From contig CBDDEL010000015.1 in NCBI GenBank assembly GCA_965226885.1, positions 678,830 through 742,829 of the forward strand: a DNA stretch of 64,000 nt, written 5' to 3'. Shown one piece after another: positions 1 through 10,733 of this stretch; positions within the stretch are counted from its first letter, which is position 1, and the number at the start of each line of letters is the position of its first letter. Source of the stretch: Opitutales bacterium. GTDB lineage: Bacteria > Verrucomicrobiota > Verrucomicrobiia > Opitutales > UBA2987. A program made the position numbers and the translations under genes. The notes beneath the pieces were generated by a model that saw only the letters and a list, made by a program, of their open reading frames with translations, had not been told where the DNA came from and ran no database searches.

Positions 1-1
1 T

Positions 2-367
2 AAACAAATCATCGGTGTTTACAAAGGGCACCAAACTAATCTCTCCTTTCTGGTCCTGAAGCCGGCAGAAATGGATGAGGAAATTTTCAAAAAATTTCTA
101 TTTTCTCTCGGAGCCAAATACTTGCAGGAGTCCATCATTTTTTCCGCAAAACTCGAATCCGGCGAAACGGAAAAGCGCAATTATTTGATTTTTACGACGG
201 GAGAACATGCCGGTTATTCCCGCTCCGGCACCGGTTTTATCGAAAACAACAAGGAAAACTACTCCGAGGTCACCACTGTGGAAGGAACAACTATCGTTAT
301 CGGCGCCTACAACCTGGAAAAAGAATTCCGGAAACATCCAGAGTTAAATCGTGATGGCGGAGAATGA
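2..367 (+). CDS. Hypothetical protein, 5'-truncated by window edge
   Basis: The frame of ORF 71..367 is open back to base 2 (KQIIGVYKGHQTNLSFLVLKPAEM...). No family assigned with confidence. Confidence 0.6.
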   Translation, partial: KQIIGVYKGHQTNLSFLVLKPAEMDEEIFKKFLFSLGAKYLQESIIFSAKLESGETEKRNYLIFTTGEHAGYSRSGTGFIENNKENYSEVTTVEGTTIVIGAYNLEKEFRKHPELNRDGGE

Positions 368-439
368 AAATTCACCTTCGTATTTTGCCATTTACATTTC
401 AAAGATCGATCTCATTTTCGTTTGGATACTACTACCTAT

Positions 440-2572
440 ATGAATAATCCCTTTCTGGATACATCTTTCCATATCCATTGGTCGCAACTAAAACCTGAGC
501 ATATTTCCCCGGCAATTAAAGAAGCTCTGGCTGAGGCCCAAAAAAAAATCGATGCCGTGGCTGGTCAAGAGGAAGCGGACATTACATTTGCAAGCTCTTT
601 TTTGGCCCTGGAAAAAGCGACTGAAGATACCGGCATCGCCTGGGCTAAAGTTTGCCATCTTGACTCGGTTTGTAATTCACCGGATTTAAGGAAAGCCTAC
701 AATGAGATGCTACCCCATGTGGCGGACTTTTTTGCCCGAATACCCGTCAATGAGAAGCTGTGGATGGTTCTCAAAACCTGCGCCGAAAAAAATATAAGAG
801 ATTCCCTCAATCCCGTTCAGCAAAGGTATCTGGGGGAAACTTTGACTGAGTTCAGGGAACATGGGGCCGACCTTCCGGCCGGAGAAAAAGAGCGATTGCG
901 AAACCTGGCCCAGGAACTGGCCGAAATCACGCAGAAGTTTTCCGAAAATGTTCTCGATGCCATTAATGCCTTTGCGCTGGTGGTGCAGGATCGCGAAAAA
1001 CTGGCTGGATTGCCGGAAAGGGACATCGAACAAGCCCGGCTGGATGCCCTGAGGAAAAGTTGCGGCGACGAGGAAAACCCCCAGTGGCACTTCACTTTGC
1101 GCATGCCGTCCTTACTGCCGGTCATGAAATACGCACACCATGACGGCTTTCGCAAAACCATGTGGGAAGCCGATACCACTATCGGCCGGAAGGAACCTGA
1201 AAACAACCTCGATTTAATTGAAAAAATTCTCGCCCTTCGCCAGGAAAAGGCCGAACTCTTGGGCAAAAAGCACTTTGCCGACTTTATTTTAACCCGCAGG
1301 ATGGCCAAAAACGGCGCTGCCGCGTTGGGATTTGTGGAAAATTTGCGTGAAAAAATCGACAAAGCCTTCGCCCGCGAAAACAGGGAGCTGGAAGACTTCA
1401 GGGGAAGCGCATTAAACAATCAATCCGAGCCTCTGGAACCGTGGGAACTGGTTTATTGGTCGGAATGCATGCGCCGCCAAAAATACGACTTCGACGAGGA
1501 GGATTTGCGGCCCTACTTCCCCATTGAGCCGGTTATCGGTGGGATGTTTCAAATTGCCGAATCCATTTACAATATTCAGATCAAGGAGATGCCGGTCAAA
1601 TATATCGACCCGGGCCAGGACAATTCCCCGGATGATGACACGATCGAAGTATGGCATCCCGAAGTTAAATTCTACGAAGTGCGGGAACTGGACGGTGAAA
1701 TGCTGGGCGCTTTTTATGCCGACTGGCATCCGCGGGAATCGAAGCGCGGCGGCGCCTGGATGAATCATATCATGACCGGGAGTCCACCCAATGGAGAAGG
1801 GAGGGAGCCGCATTTAGGCCTTATTTGCGGAAACCTCACTCCCTCCATTAAAGACCAACCGGCTCTTCTTACCCATTACGAGGTACAGACCATTTTTCAC
1901 GAATTCGGACACCTCCTGCACCATTTGCTGGGAGATGTGGAAATCAAATCCCTCAATGGCATCAATGTGCCCTGGGACTTTGTCGAATTGCCTTCCCAGA
2001 TTATGGAAAACTGGTGCTGGCAACGGGAGGGCCTGGACCTCTTTGCCCGCCATTATGAAACCGGCGAAACGATACCGGAGAACCTTTTCAGGAAGATGAC
2101 CGAAGCGAGAAACTTCCAGTCGGCCCGCAAAACCATGCGGCAGCTCTCCTTCGGCAAAATGGACCTGGAGATGCACATGGCGTCCCCTCATTTATGGGGC
2201 GAAAACCTCGAAGACTGGGTTGATGAAATTTTGCAAGGTTACCAGACTCCAACCAAAACAAAGCCGCCCACCATCATCGGCAGGTTCACCCATGTATTTG
2301 CCGACAGCACCGGTTATGCAGCCGCTTATTATTCTTATAAATGGGCCGAAGTGCTCGATGCTGACGCCTTTACCAGGTTTAAAAAAGAAGGTATCCTCAA
2401 TCCCGCGGTGGGGCGCGATTTCCGGGAGAAAATACTCTCCCGGGGCAACAGCGCCGACCCGGTCGAATTGTTTCGCAATTTCATGGGCCGCGACCCCGAC
2501 CTGCAAGCCTTGCTGGACCGCGAGGGCCTGGGCAATAATCAAACCGACTGTGACAATTCCGGTAAAAGTTGA
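440..2572 (+). CDS. prlC: M3 family metallopeptidase (oligopeptidase A / Dcp-like)
   Basis: HEFGH zinc motif, KRGGAWM, WDFVELPSQIMENW and YYSYKWAEVLDADAF. ATG at 440 preferred over TTG at 422. Confidence 0.92.
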   Translation: MNNPFLDTSFHIHWSQLKPEHISPAIKEALAEAQKKIDAVAGQEEADITFASSFLALEKATEDTGIAWAKVCHLDSVCNSPDLRKAYNEMLPHVADFFARIPVNEKLWMVLKTCAEKNIRDSLNPVQQRYLGETLTEFREHGADLPAGEKERLRNLAQELAEITQKFSENVLDAINAFALVVQDREKLAGLPERDIEQARLDALRKSCGDEENPQWHFTLRMPSLLPVMKYAHHDGFRKTMWEADTTIGRKEPENNLDLIEKILALRQEKAELLGKKHFADFILTRRMAKNGAAALGFVENLREKIDKAFARENRELEDFRGSALNNQSEPLEPWELVYWSECMRRQKYDFDEEDLRPYFPIEPVIGGMFQIAESIYNIQIKEMPVKYIDPGQDNSPDDDTIEVWHPEVKFYEVRELDGEMLGAFYADWHPRESKRGGAWMNHIMTGSPPNGEGREPHLGLICGNLTPSIKDQPALLTHYEVQTIFHEFGHLLHHLLGDVEIKSLNGINVPWDFVELPSQIMENWCWQREGLDLFARHYETGETIPENLFRKMTEARNFQSARKTMRQLSFGKMDLEMHMASPHLWGENLEDWVDEILQGYQTPTKTKPPTIIGRFTHVFADSTGYAAAYYSYKWAEVLDADAFTRFKKEGILNPAVGRDFREKILSRGNSADPVELFRNFMGRDPDLQALLDREGLGNNQTDCDNSGKS

Positions 2573-2750
2573 GCCAATGTTGCCCACTATCAAATGGCTA
2601 TGGCTATTAGAAATGCGATCAGCGGCCCGGATTTATAACTTGTTCATGGATGATCAGTTGTGCAAAATCGTGTTTTGCCTTCACTTTTGGAACTGAACCT
2701 GCTGAACTCTTGTATTATTAACAATCGCTAAACCTTAAAATACCTTAACA

Positions 2751-3413
2751 ATGAGTTTTTTCCTCTTTATATTAGTCCCAATCATCATCGGCTTGTGGGC
2801 GCAGGCGAAAATTTCCGGCACATACCGAAAATATTCCAAAATTTCCTCGCGCAACGGCATTACCGGCCGCGAGGCGGCCGCCTACGTCATGCAAAGCGCG
2901 GGCATCAACAATGTGGAAATCGTCCCGGTGCGGGGCCATCTGACGGACCATTACGACCCGGCCAACAAACGGCTGGCTTTGAGCGAGGAGAATTTCTCGG
3001 GGCACAGCCTGGCCGCTCTCGGGGTGGCCGCTCACGAAGCCGGCCACGCCATCCAGCACGCCACCGGCTATAAAGCCCTGCAACTGCGCATGAGCTTGAT
3101 TCCCATTACTAACATCGCTTCCCGACTGCTACCCTTCGTAATCATCGGGGGCTTCTTTTTTCACATGATGGGTCTGATCAAGTTGGGCATCCTGGTCTAT
3201 CTGGTTTTGACCGTCTTTCAATTGGTGACCCTGCCGGTCGAATTCGACGCCAGCCGCCGGGCCAAAAAGATCCTGCCAAGTCTCGGAATCATCGACCACG
3301 ATGAATTACCAGGGGTGGAGAAAACCCTCAACGCCGCCGCTTTCACCTATGTGGCCGCCTTCATTGCCTCCTTGGGCAACCTGCTTTACCTTTTTATGGT
3401 TTCCAGGGACTGA
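2751..3413 (+). CDS. Membrane zinc metallopeptidase, YugP family
   Basis: LTDHYDP, AAHEAGHAIQH, TLPVEFDASRRA and AAAFTYVAA motifs. Confidence 0.92.
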   Translation: MSFFLFILVPIIIGLWAQAKISGTYRKYSKISSRNGITGREAAAYVMQSAGINNVEIVPVRGHLTDHYDPANKRLALSEENFSGHSLAALGVAAHEAGHAIQHATGYKALQLRMSLIPITNIASRLLPFVIIGGFFFHMMGLIKLGILVYLVLTVFQLVTLPVEFDASRRAKKILPSLGIIDHDELPGVEKTLNAAAFTYVAAFIASLGNLLYLFMVSRD

Positions 3414-3434
3414 TTTATCACGGTCCCGCAACCA

Positions 3435-4220
3435 TCAAACGATTAAGTCCGGGCGGCCCGCGGCCCAGATTTCATAGGATAGGGATCTGCCCGCAATGGG
3501 AACCAGCTTGACGACGCCTCCGGCTGCTTCCACCAGAGCCATCCCGGCGGCGATATCCCAGAGGTTGACGCCCTCTTCGTAATAAGCATCCAGCCGGCCC
3601 GCCGCCACATAGGTCATGGCAATGGCGGCGCTCCCCAGCATACGCACCTTTTTGTAGCGCTGAATCAATCCATTGAGCTTCTCCAAGGCGGGGGTGGATC
3701 TATCGGCATTGGCCGGGAAACCGGTCGTAATGGCGGCCTTTTTGATAGTCTCTGCCCAGTCCGATTCGTGTTTTAATCCGTTGATATGCAGTCCATCCCC
3801 GGCTCCTGGGATACCCGTAAAAAGTTCATCCCGGTAAAAATCGTAAATGACCCCGAGAAGCGGTTTTTCACCACAAAGGAGCCCGATGCTCACACAGGTC
3901 AGGGGCAAATCCCGCAGGTAATTATAAGTGCCGTCCAGCGGGTCGATGACCCAATAAGGCTCCCTACGGTTGATCAATTCCGCGTCGCCGCCCTCCTCCT
4001 CGCCGATAATGGGATAGTCCGCCTCCTCGGTAAAAATGTCGCGGATGAGCTTCTCCGACTCCACATCGGCCTGTAGTTTGACGTCGTGGGCAAATTCGGC
4101 ATTGACCGTCCGATAATCATCGGTTCCCGCCAACAGGCGCGCTCCGGCCTCCCTGGCTGCTTTTTCCGCTGTTTTGAGTAGCGATGGAAGGTCTAAGTTT
4201 GGATCGGTATCGGTCTTCAT
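3435..4220 (-). CDS. Inositol monophosphatase family protein (SuhB-like)
   Basis: GEE, WVIDPLDGTYNY, RMLGSAA and WDIAAG motifs. Confidence 0.92.
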   Translation of the reverse strand: MKTDTDPNLDLPSLLKTAEKAAREAGARLLAGTDDYRTVNAEFAHDVKLQADVESEKLIRDIFTEEADYPIIGEEEGGDAELINRREPYWVIDPLDGTYNYLRDLPLTCVSIGLLCGEKPLLGVIYDFYRDELFTGIPGAGDGLHINGLKHESDWAETIKKAAITTGFPANADRSTPALEKLNGLIQRYKKVRMLGSAAIAMTYVAAGRLDAYYEEGVNLWDIAAGMALVEAAGGVVKLVPIAGRSLSYEIWAAGRPDLIV

Positions 4221-4258
4221 CGTTGGTCAATATCAAGGTTACAGATAAAAAAGGTGTC

Positions 4259-4744
4259 TTAATCTTCAAGGTCTTCATTTTTATCCTCTACAGCCTGGAA
4301 TCCCCCCGCCATTGCTTTAATTCCCTCGCTGGTCATGTAGATACAGCCCAGACAGACGGCAAAAGTCAAAATCAATGCCACCAGGGACATACCCCAACTC
4401 ACCTTCATGAAAACTTTGGTCAGGTAAACGCCGGCCAGCAAAAAAAGAATGATTCCCAAAGTCGTTTTCAGCACTATCTGTATTGTTTCCGAGGCGATTT
4501 TCTCCACCAGGTAAATGTCATAGGCTGACAAACCCGCGACAATCACCGCAAATGTTAAAATCATGCCCAAAAATACGAGGATAAATCCCTGCTTGCTCCC
4601 CACCACGAAGGAGGCGATGAGCTTGCCGAAAAGCATTATCGAACCTGCTCCAACCAACAGCAAAGTATTGAAATGAGGCCCGTCCGGTGCCAGGAACAAC
4701 AACTGTCCAAGCACCGTTTTAACTGTGTCGATCCAGATTTCCAT
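4259..4744 (-). CDS. Hypothetical membrane protein
   Basis: 161-aa ORF with about four hydrophobic segments, co-oriented with its neighbours. Confidence 0.75.
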   Translation of the reverse strand: MEIWIDTVKTVLGQLLFLAPDGPHFNTLLLVGAGSIMLFGKLIASFVVGSKQGFILVFLGMILTFAVIVAGLSAYDIYLVEKIASETIQIVLKTTLGIILFLLAGVYLTKVFMKVSWGMSLVALILTFAVCLGCIYMTSEGIKAMAGGFQAVEDKNEDLED

Positions 4745-4879
4745 CTTTGTCTATATTTAAGTTAAGTTTAATCGGAGCGGTGCCTGCTGGATAAGCACAA
4801 ACTCTCGAAAATCGGTCCGTCTTTCAATCCAATTCCAACGCAATGGCAAAGGCAAACATTCCTATCGGCGGTGGGCATA

Positions 4880-6490
4880 TCAAAGCTCTCGTTTCATGAC
4901 AGTGGTATTTTTTGCCTCGGGAAGTTTTTTCGTATAATCGAGAGTGTAATGCAAGCCCCGGCTCTCCTTGCGCTGGAGGGCGCATTGAACAATCAAATCG
5001 GCTACCTCTATCATATTTCTCAGTTCCAGCAAACGCGGTTCCACCTTGAAATTCCAGTAATAGTCGTAAATTTCGTTTTTCAGGTTCTGAATACGAGCCC
5101 GGGCCCGTTCCAGGCGCTTGGTCGTGCGCACGATGCCCACATAATCCCACATCGTGCGTCGCAGTTCATCCCAGTTATGGGAAAGGACCACCCGCTCATC
5201 GCTGTCCTCCGCATCGCCGTCCACCCATTCTGGCGGAACCACTGATTCCAGCTCGTGTTTTTTCAAATAATCGACCACCGCGAGGGATCCCCGGTGAGCC
5301 ATCACGACTGCTTCCAGCAGCGAATTACTGGCCAGCCGATTGGCCCCGTGCAACCCCGTGCAGGCCACCTCTCCACAGGCATAAAGACCGGGCAGGCTGG
5401 TTTCGGAGGACATATTGGTGCTCACCCCGCCGCACAGATAATGGGCCGCTGGCACCACCGGAATCAAATCCGTCGCCATATTGATTCCGTGCCGGGTGCA
5501 GACCTCGAAAATATTCGGAAAACGATCCTGCAGCACCTCTTCCGGATGCCCCGTGATATCCAGCCAGAGATGCCGCGCGCCGGACTGCTTCATCTCGCTG
5601 TCGATGGCCCGCGCCACGATGTCTCGCGGTGCCAGGTCGGCCCGCGCGTGGTGCTGTTTCATAAACGGCTGGCGGTCCGCATTGCGCAAAATTGCACCCT
5701 CCCCCCGGACCGCTTCGCTGATCAGGAATCGATCGCCGCTGATGCTGTAAAGAGAAGTCGGGTGAAACTGGACAAACTCCATATTGGCCACTTTCACTCC
5801 GGCCCGGTAGGCCATGGCAATGCCGTCGCCGGTGGCGATATCGGGATTGGTCGTAAATTGGTAAACCTGCCCCAATCCCCCCGTTGTCAGCATCACAACC
5901 GGTGCCCGGAAAACCTCCACCCGCCCCTTGAGGACATCTAGGGCATAGAGGCCAATCACGCCATCGCCCTCATCGTGGACGGCAAAACCGCTCTTCGTCA
6001 GCCTATTTTGCGTAATCAAGTCGATGGCGAAAAAATGCTCCAGCACGGTAATAAAATTATTGCGCGCAGTCGCCCTCAAAAGGGCTGATTCGATGGCCTT
6101 ACCGGTGATATCCTTGACATGGAGGACTCGCCGGTGGGAGTGCCCGCCTTCCCGTCCCAGGGAAGGGGAGCCATCCTCCAATTGGGAAAAATGCACCCCG
6201 ATATCGATCAACTCCTTCACCCGGGCCGGCCCCTCCCTGATGATCTCCTCAACCGAAACCGCATCGCACAAACCATCCCCGGACTCCAAAGTATCCTCCA
6301 GATGGCTCTGAAAATCATCATTCTGAGCGGTCACGCAAGCAATGCCGCCCTGGGCGTAATTGGTATTGGAAGCGGCCCGATTCTTCTTCGTCAAAATAGC
6401 CACACTGCGCCCCGCCGAAGCCACCTGCAAAGCAAAGCTCAACCCGGCAATCCCGCTACCCACCACAATAACATCAAAATTTCTGCTCAT
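4880..6490 (-). CDS. nadB: L-aspartate oxidase
   Basis: GSGIAG FAD motif, SNTNYAQGGIA, REGGHSHRRVLH, QFHPT, LHGANRLASNSLLE and ESRGLHY. Confidence 0.97.
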   Translation of the reverse strand: MSRNFDVIVVGSGIAGLSFALQVASAGRSVAILTKKNRAASNTNYAQGGIACVTAQNDDFQSHLEDTLESGDGLCDAVSVEEIIREGPARVKELIDIGVHFSQLEDGSPSLGREGGHSHRRVLHVKDITGKAIESALLRATARNNFITVLEHFFAIDLITQNRLTKSGFAVHDEGDGVIGLYALDVLKGRVEVFRAPVVMLTTGGLGQVYQFTTNPDIATGDGIAMAYRAGVKVANMEFVQFHPTSLYSISGDRFLISEAVRGEGAILRNADRQPFMKQHHARADLAPRDIVARAIDSEMKQSGARHLWLDITGHPEEVLQDRFPNIFEVCTRHGINMATDLIPVVPAAHYLCGGVSTNMSSETSLPGLYACGEVACTGLHGANRLASNSLLEAVVMAHRGSLAVVDYLKKHELESVVPPEWVDGDAEDSDERVVLSHNWDELRRTMWDYVGIVRTTKRLERARARIQNLKNEIYDYYWNFKVEPRLLELRNMIEVADLIVQCALQRKESRGLHYTLDYTKKLPEAKNTTVMKREL

Positions 6491-7007
6491 CGTTCAAACA
6501 ATCCATACATTAAAAATTCAGCCATCAACCATCAATCCATCCAAACACTTATTCAATACCAAACCCAAACACCCAGCATCCACCATCCAATATCCGTGTA
6601 ATCCGTTGTAAAAAATATTCTATCCAGCATCATGCATCCAGTATCCAATATCTGTGTTAATAAATCCATATTCGGCAGTGACTATACCACAAAATCCAAA
6701 AAAACACAATAGATACGTTGGCTCCGTTTGATGCGTTTGAATAAACCTTCAAAAAATCAGAAAATCCCAAAAAAATGCGCCAAAATGTCCCACCAAAAGC
6801 AACTCCAACTCACAATTTCCCGCACAAAACACCCAAAATCCAACATCTCCGTGCCTCAGTACCCCTGAGAGGAATTATTTCAACATCAACCAACAAATCA
6901 GCAGCCAGTAACCTCCCCAACTTCACCCTCGCTTAAACAAATCTTGCTATGACACAAACTTTTGTTAAATTAGGGCTCTAAATTAAACCCAAACAATTCA
7001 CCGAACT

Positions 7008-7732
7008 ATGGAATCACATACTAATTTAAGTGTCATTTTTGATAATTCAAACGAACCAGTAAATTCAACTGATTTAGCAGACTTCTTATATTTGTCAGGG
7101 CGATCTATGGAGTAGCGACAGAACTTTTTCCAGATCAAAAGCTTCAAGACGCACTCGATAAGGATTTTTTGCTTAAAGATCAATTAATTGCACATTTTAA
7201 CGAACATTTAAGCGGGCTCGACAACGCATCTAAATCAGAATATTTCTCGTTAGATATTAAATATTATGATTTGTCGATAGAATCAATAAATAAATAAAGT
7301 CCATTTGAAATTATTTTTGTTGGTCTCGCTCTACCACTGGTAATTGCTGTTATTTTATCGGGAGGAGAAATCAAAATTCCATTTACAAAAGTTAAATTAA
7401 ATCCAATCGGTTATGGGATAAAAATGTTGCGTGAGGCATTACAAGTACAACCAGAATTCAAGACTGGCTTCACAATTAAGTCGAAAAAAAAACAATTAAA
7501 TCCGGAGGAATATAAAGAACTTTTTTCTCATGATCCTTCAGAGTATTACAAGGGTGGATTTCAAAAGTTTTTTGCACGACTTCAACTGAAAACCGATTCT
7601 AAATCTAATATTATCTCATTGAATGATAAAGATATTGAATTCATTTCAAAGCACGGGAAGGACCCAAAAATAGGAGGTTGGCAGAAATCCCTTCGAAGGA
7701 TTTTTGATAGACACTTTGATTTTGAAGAATAA
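7008..7732 (+). pseudogene. Disrupted gene: probable membrane segment plus C-terminal GGFQ/GGWQ small domain (the 7424..7732 part is still open)
   Basis: ATG at 7008 reads MESHTNLSVIFDN...DFLYL. A frameshift near 7093 leads into the frame of ORF 7424..7732, which has a single internal TAA at 7295-7297. Confidence 0.6.
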
Positions 7733-7743
7733 GTAAACTGGAT

Positions 7744-8019
7744 ATGCCAAAGGTTCGATTAAACAAAGATGAAATTGCTTTGGTTTTGGGAATCAAGCTC
7801 AATTCCATTAAAGATCAAGATTTTCGAGATCTCATATACAGGATGTTGCTACTCCTTGACGAAGACACAGGTGAATTCGAAATCCCCGGGGAGATGTGGG
7901 ACGAAATTCGACAATTCGCATTTTCATCGGGAAACCCCGATTGGGAAAGGTTTCTTGTATCTGTATTCGGTCGCACATTGGGAAAATATTTGGATCTCGG
8001 GTTTTCAGATAATTTATGA
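7744..8019 (+). CDS. Small hypothetical protein, paralogous to the domain encoded at 7490..7732
   Basis: 91-aa ORF with LNxxE...FxxL...L...W...L..(I/V)FxR pattern matching the upstream ORF. Confidence 0.75.
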   Translation: MPKVRLNKDEIALVLGIKLNSIKDQDFRDLIYRMLLLLDEDTGEFEIPGEMWDEIRQFAFSSGNPDWERFLVSVFGRTLGKYLDLGFSDNL

Positions 8020-8062
8020 TTTTTTTCTTGTACTACGATAATAATTCATTATTTTCGAGGGT

Positions 8063-8938
8063 ATGACTAAAAAAATATCTAAAAATTCATATAATTTTTT
8101 CAATGTTGATTGCCTTGTTGGAATGAAAGATGTTCAACAAAATTCAGTTGATATCGTAGTAACTTCACCACCATACAATATTGGTATTGGTTACAGAAGT
8201 TACAATGATAGCCTGAGTGCCGAGGAATATCTGGAATGGTCCGATAGCTGGGCAAAGGAAATACATCGATTATTGAAAGATGATGGTTCCTTTTTTCTTA
8301 ATATTGGTGCTCCTCCCTCGAATCCAATGTTACCACATGAAATTGCTATCCGATTTAGTAAATACTTTCACCTTCAAAATACATTTCATTGGATAAAATC
8401 CATTTCCATTGAAACGAAAGATGGAGAGTTAATTTCTACTGGACATTTTAAACCAATTAATTCCCAAAGGTATGTCAGCGATTGCCACGAGTACGTTTTT
8501 CATTTTACAAAATCGGGTAATACGCCTCTCCAAAGATTAAATATCGGCGTACCTTACAAAGACAAAAGCAATATAAATCGTTGGAAACACACAGATGGAC
8601 ATGATAAACGTTGCCGTGGAAATACATGGTTTATTCCTTATAAGACGATTTATAATAAAAAGCTTCAAAGGCCACATCCTGCAACTTTTCCTACTCAGTT
8701 AGCAAAGTATTGCATATTGCTACATGGAATTGATCGAAAAACTGTTGTTATGGATCCATTCTTAGGATTGGGAAGTTCGGCAATTGCCGCATTTGAATGC
8801 AATGTTAGGTTCTTTTACGGATATGACATTGAGTTAGAATATCTTGAATATGCAGTAGCTGATCTAAAAGATAAATGTAATTCCTCATTAATGTTAGAAT
8901 TAGCAACTCCGAAGGAATTTATTCCTAAAGCTGTCTAA
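8063..8938 (+). CDS. Beta-class DNA amino-methyltransferase (N4-C/N6-A), orphan
   Basis: Catalytic TSPPYN precedes HPATFP and the SAM-binding DPFLGLGSS motif. AT-rich. Confidence 0.93.
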   Translation: MTKKISKNSYNFFNVDCLVGMKDVQQNSVDIVVTSPPYNIGIGYRSYNDSLSAEEYLEWSDSWAKEIHRLLKDDGSFFLNIGAPPSNPMLPHEIAIRFSKYFHLQNTFHWIKSISIETKDGELISTGHFKPINSQRYVSDCHEYVFHFTKSGNTPLQRLNIGVPYKDKSNINRWKHTDGHDKRCRGNTWFIPYKTIYNKKLQRPHPATFPTQLAKYCILLHGIDRKTVVMDPFLGLGSSAIAAFECNVRFFYGYDIELEYLEYAVADLKDKCNSSLMLELATPKEFIPKAV

Positions 8939-9078
8939 GTCTTTTACTTTTTTGCCGGATTAAAATCGATTTGTGCTTGCCCTGGCGGGTGTCGGTGTCT
9001 GTGCCTTTTTAGGACGATACTTGAATTTTTTGATAAATAAGCTTGAATAACTGTGCTTGAAAGGAGTGTTTCTTCCCC

Positions 9079-10299
9079 GTGATCCGAATTAATGATAACT
9101 ACCTGAAGTTGAAAGCTTCCTATTTGTTTGCCGATATTGCCCGGCGGGTGCAGGCCCATCAGGAGGCGCATCCGCAGACGGAAATCATAAAACTGGGCAT
9201 CGGCGATGTGACCGAGCCGCTCCCGCTGGCTTGCCGGGAGGCTTTCCACAAGGCCGTTGACGATTTGGGCCGCCGGGAATCTTTCCACGGCTACGGACCG
9301 GAACAGGGCTACTCGTTTTTGCGAGAAGCCATTGCCGAAAATGATTACCAAAGCCGCGGGACCGACATTTCGGCGGACGAAATTTTTATCAGCGACGGAG
9401 CGAAATGCGACTCCGGCAACATCCAGGAAATTTTTGCCCAGGACACCACCATAGCCGTAACGGATCCGGTCTATCCGGTCTATGTAGATACCAACGTCAT
9501 GGCGGGCCGCACCGGTTCCTGCGTCAAGGGCCATTATGAAAACCTCGTTTACCTAGAATCTACCTCGGAAAACGACTACATGCCCAGCCTACCCGAGCGG
9601 CCGGTGGACCTCATTTACCTCTGTTTTCCCAACAACCCGACCGGTACCACCGCCACGGCGCAGCAATTGCAGCAATGGGTCGATTACGCGCGCGAAAACA
9701 ACGCTGTCATCCTCTTCGATGCCGCCTATGAATCCTTTATTCGGGACGACTCCCTGCCCCACTCCATTTACGAGATCGAAGGGGCGCGGCAAACGGCAAT
9801 CGAGTTCCGCAGTTTCTCCAAAAACGCCGGATTCACCGGTACCCGATGCGCCTTCACTGTGGTCCCAAAAGAATTGACGGCCAAAGATTCCCAAGGAATT
9901 GAGCAATCCCTGCACTCCATGTGGTCGCGCCGCCAATCGACCAAAACCAACGGCGTCTCCTACCCCGTGCAAAAAGCGGCCGCGGCCGCTTATACGAAAG
10001 AGGGTCGCCGGGAAATAACGCAATTGGTCGATTATTATCTGGGCAACGCGCGAATGATTCTGGAAAAGATGACCTCGCGCGGTTTCACTTGCGCGGGGGG
10101 AGAAAATTCACCCTATATCTGGATCAACACGGGCGGAGATTCGTGGGATTTTTTCGATTTGCTGCTCAACAAAGCGGGCGTTGTCTGCACGCCGGGCGTC
10201 GGCTTCGGCAATTGCGGGCAAGGACACATCCGGCTGAGCGCCTTTAACAAAAAGGAAAGCATTGCCGAGGCATTGGAGCGCATCTCCTCGGTTTTATAA
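9079..10299 (+). CDS. dapL: LL-diaminopimelate aminotransferase
   Basis: [46 protein letters not shown] and NGVSYPVQ. Confidence 0.96.
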   Translation: MIRINDNYLKLKASYLFADIARRVQAHQEAHPQTEIIKLGIGDVTEPLPLACREAFHKAVDDLGRRESFHGYGPEQGYSFLREAIAENDYQSRGTDISADEIFISDGAKCDSGNIQEIFAQDTTIAVTDPVYPVYVDTNVMAGRTGSCVKGHYENLVYLESTSENDYMPSLPERPVDLIYLCFPNNPTGTTATAQQLQQWVDYARENNAVILFDAAYESFIRDDSLPHSIYEIEGARQTAIEFRSFSKNAGFTGTRCAFTVVPKELTAKDSQGIEQSLHSMWSRRQSTKTNGVSYPVQKAAAAAYTKEGRREITQLVDYYLGNARMILEKMTSRGFTCAGGENSPYIWINTGGDSWDFFDLLLNKAGVVCTPGVGFGNCGQGHIRLSAFNKKESIAEALERISSVL

Positions 10300-10326
10300 T
10301 CCGCCAAAAATTGGTCCACCGACTTG

Positions 10327-10605
10327 CTATTCCGTTTTTTCGGTAATCTTGGAAGAGCACTTTCCCACCAGGCAATTATAAAGCCAGGCAAAGATCGCTC
10401 CTCCAACTAGGCCATCGACCAAACCGTAGCCCAACCCGATCAGGCTGCCCACCGGACTCACGCAATAACCGGGATAAATACGCCCGATAAAAGTGATATC
10501 GCCGGTCGAGCCTTCCCGCAAGATGAGCCACCAAGTAGTCATGAACAAACTGAGGCCCCAAAATATTCCGGCCGCCAGCGCAAATGCTTTAAGGTTTAAT
10601 TTCAT
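10327..10605 (-). CDS. Small two-TM membrane protein of the family often labelled 'bacteriophage holin'
   Basis: MKLNLKAFALAAGIFWG...YPGY...GSLIGLGYGLVDG...FAWLYN pattern. ATG at 10605. Confidence 0.75.
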   Translation of the reverse strand: MKLNLKAFALAAGIFWGLSLFMTTWWLILREGSTGDITFIGRIYPGYCVSPVGSLIGLGYGLVDGLVGGAIFAWLYNCLVGKCSSKITEKTE

Positions 10606-10733
10606 TACAGCTGCCTTTCGATATTTGAATCCATTTGTCGTCAACCGGAAAACGCTTTTCCCGATTAAACCGCTTGCCCTAACATAATGGAGGTTTTACG
10701 ACCCGTCAAACCGGGAAAAAAACAATCAATCAA

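Noticed and set aside
10327..10605. Prophage implied by a holin-like gene
   Set aside because: No endolysin, structural or integrase genes nearby. The gene sits among housekeeping genes.
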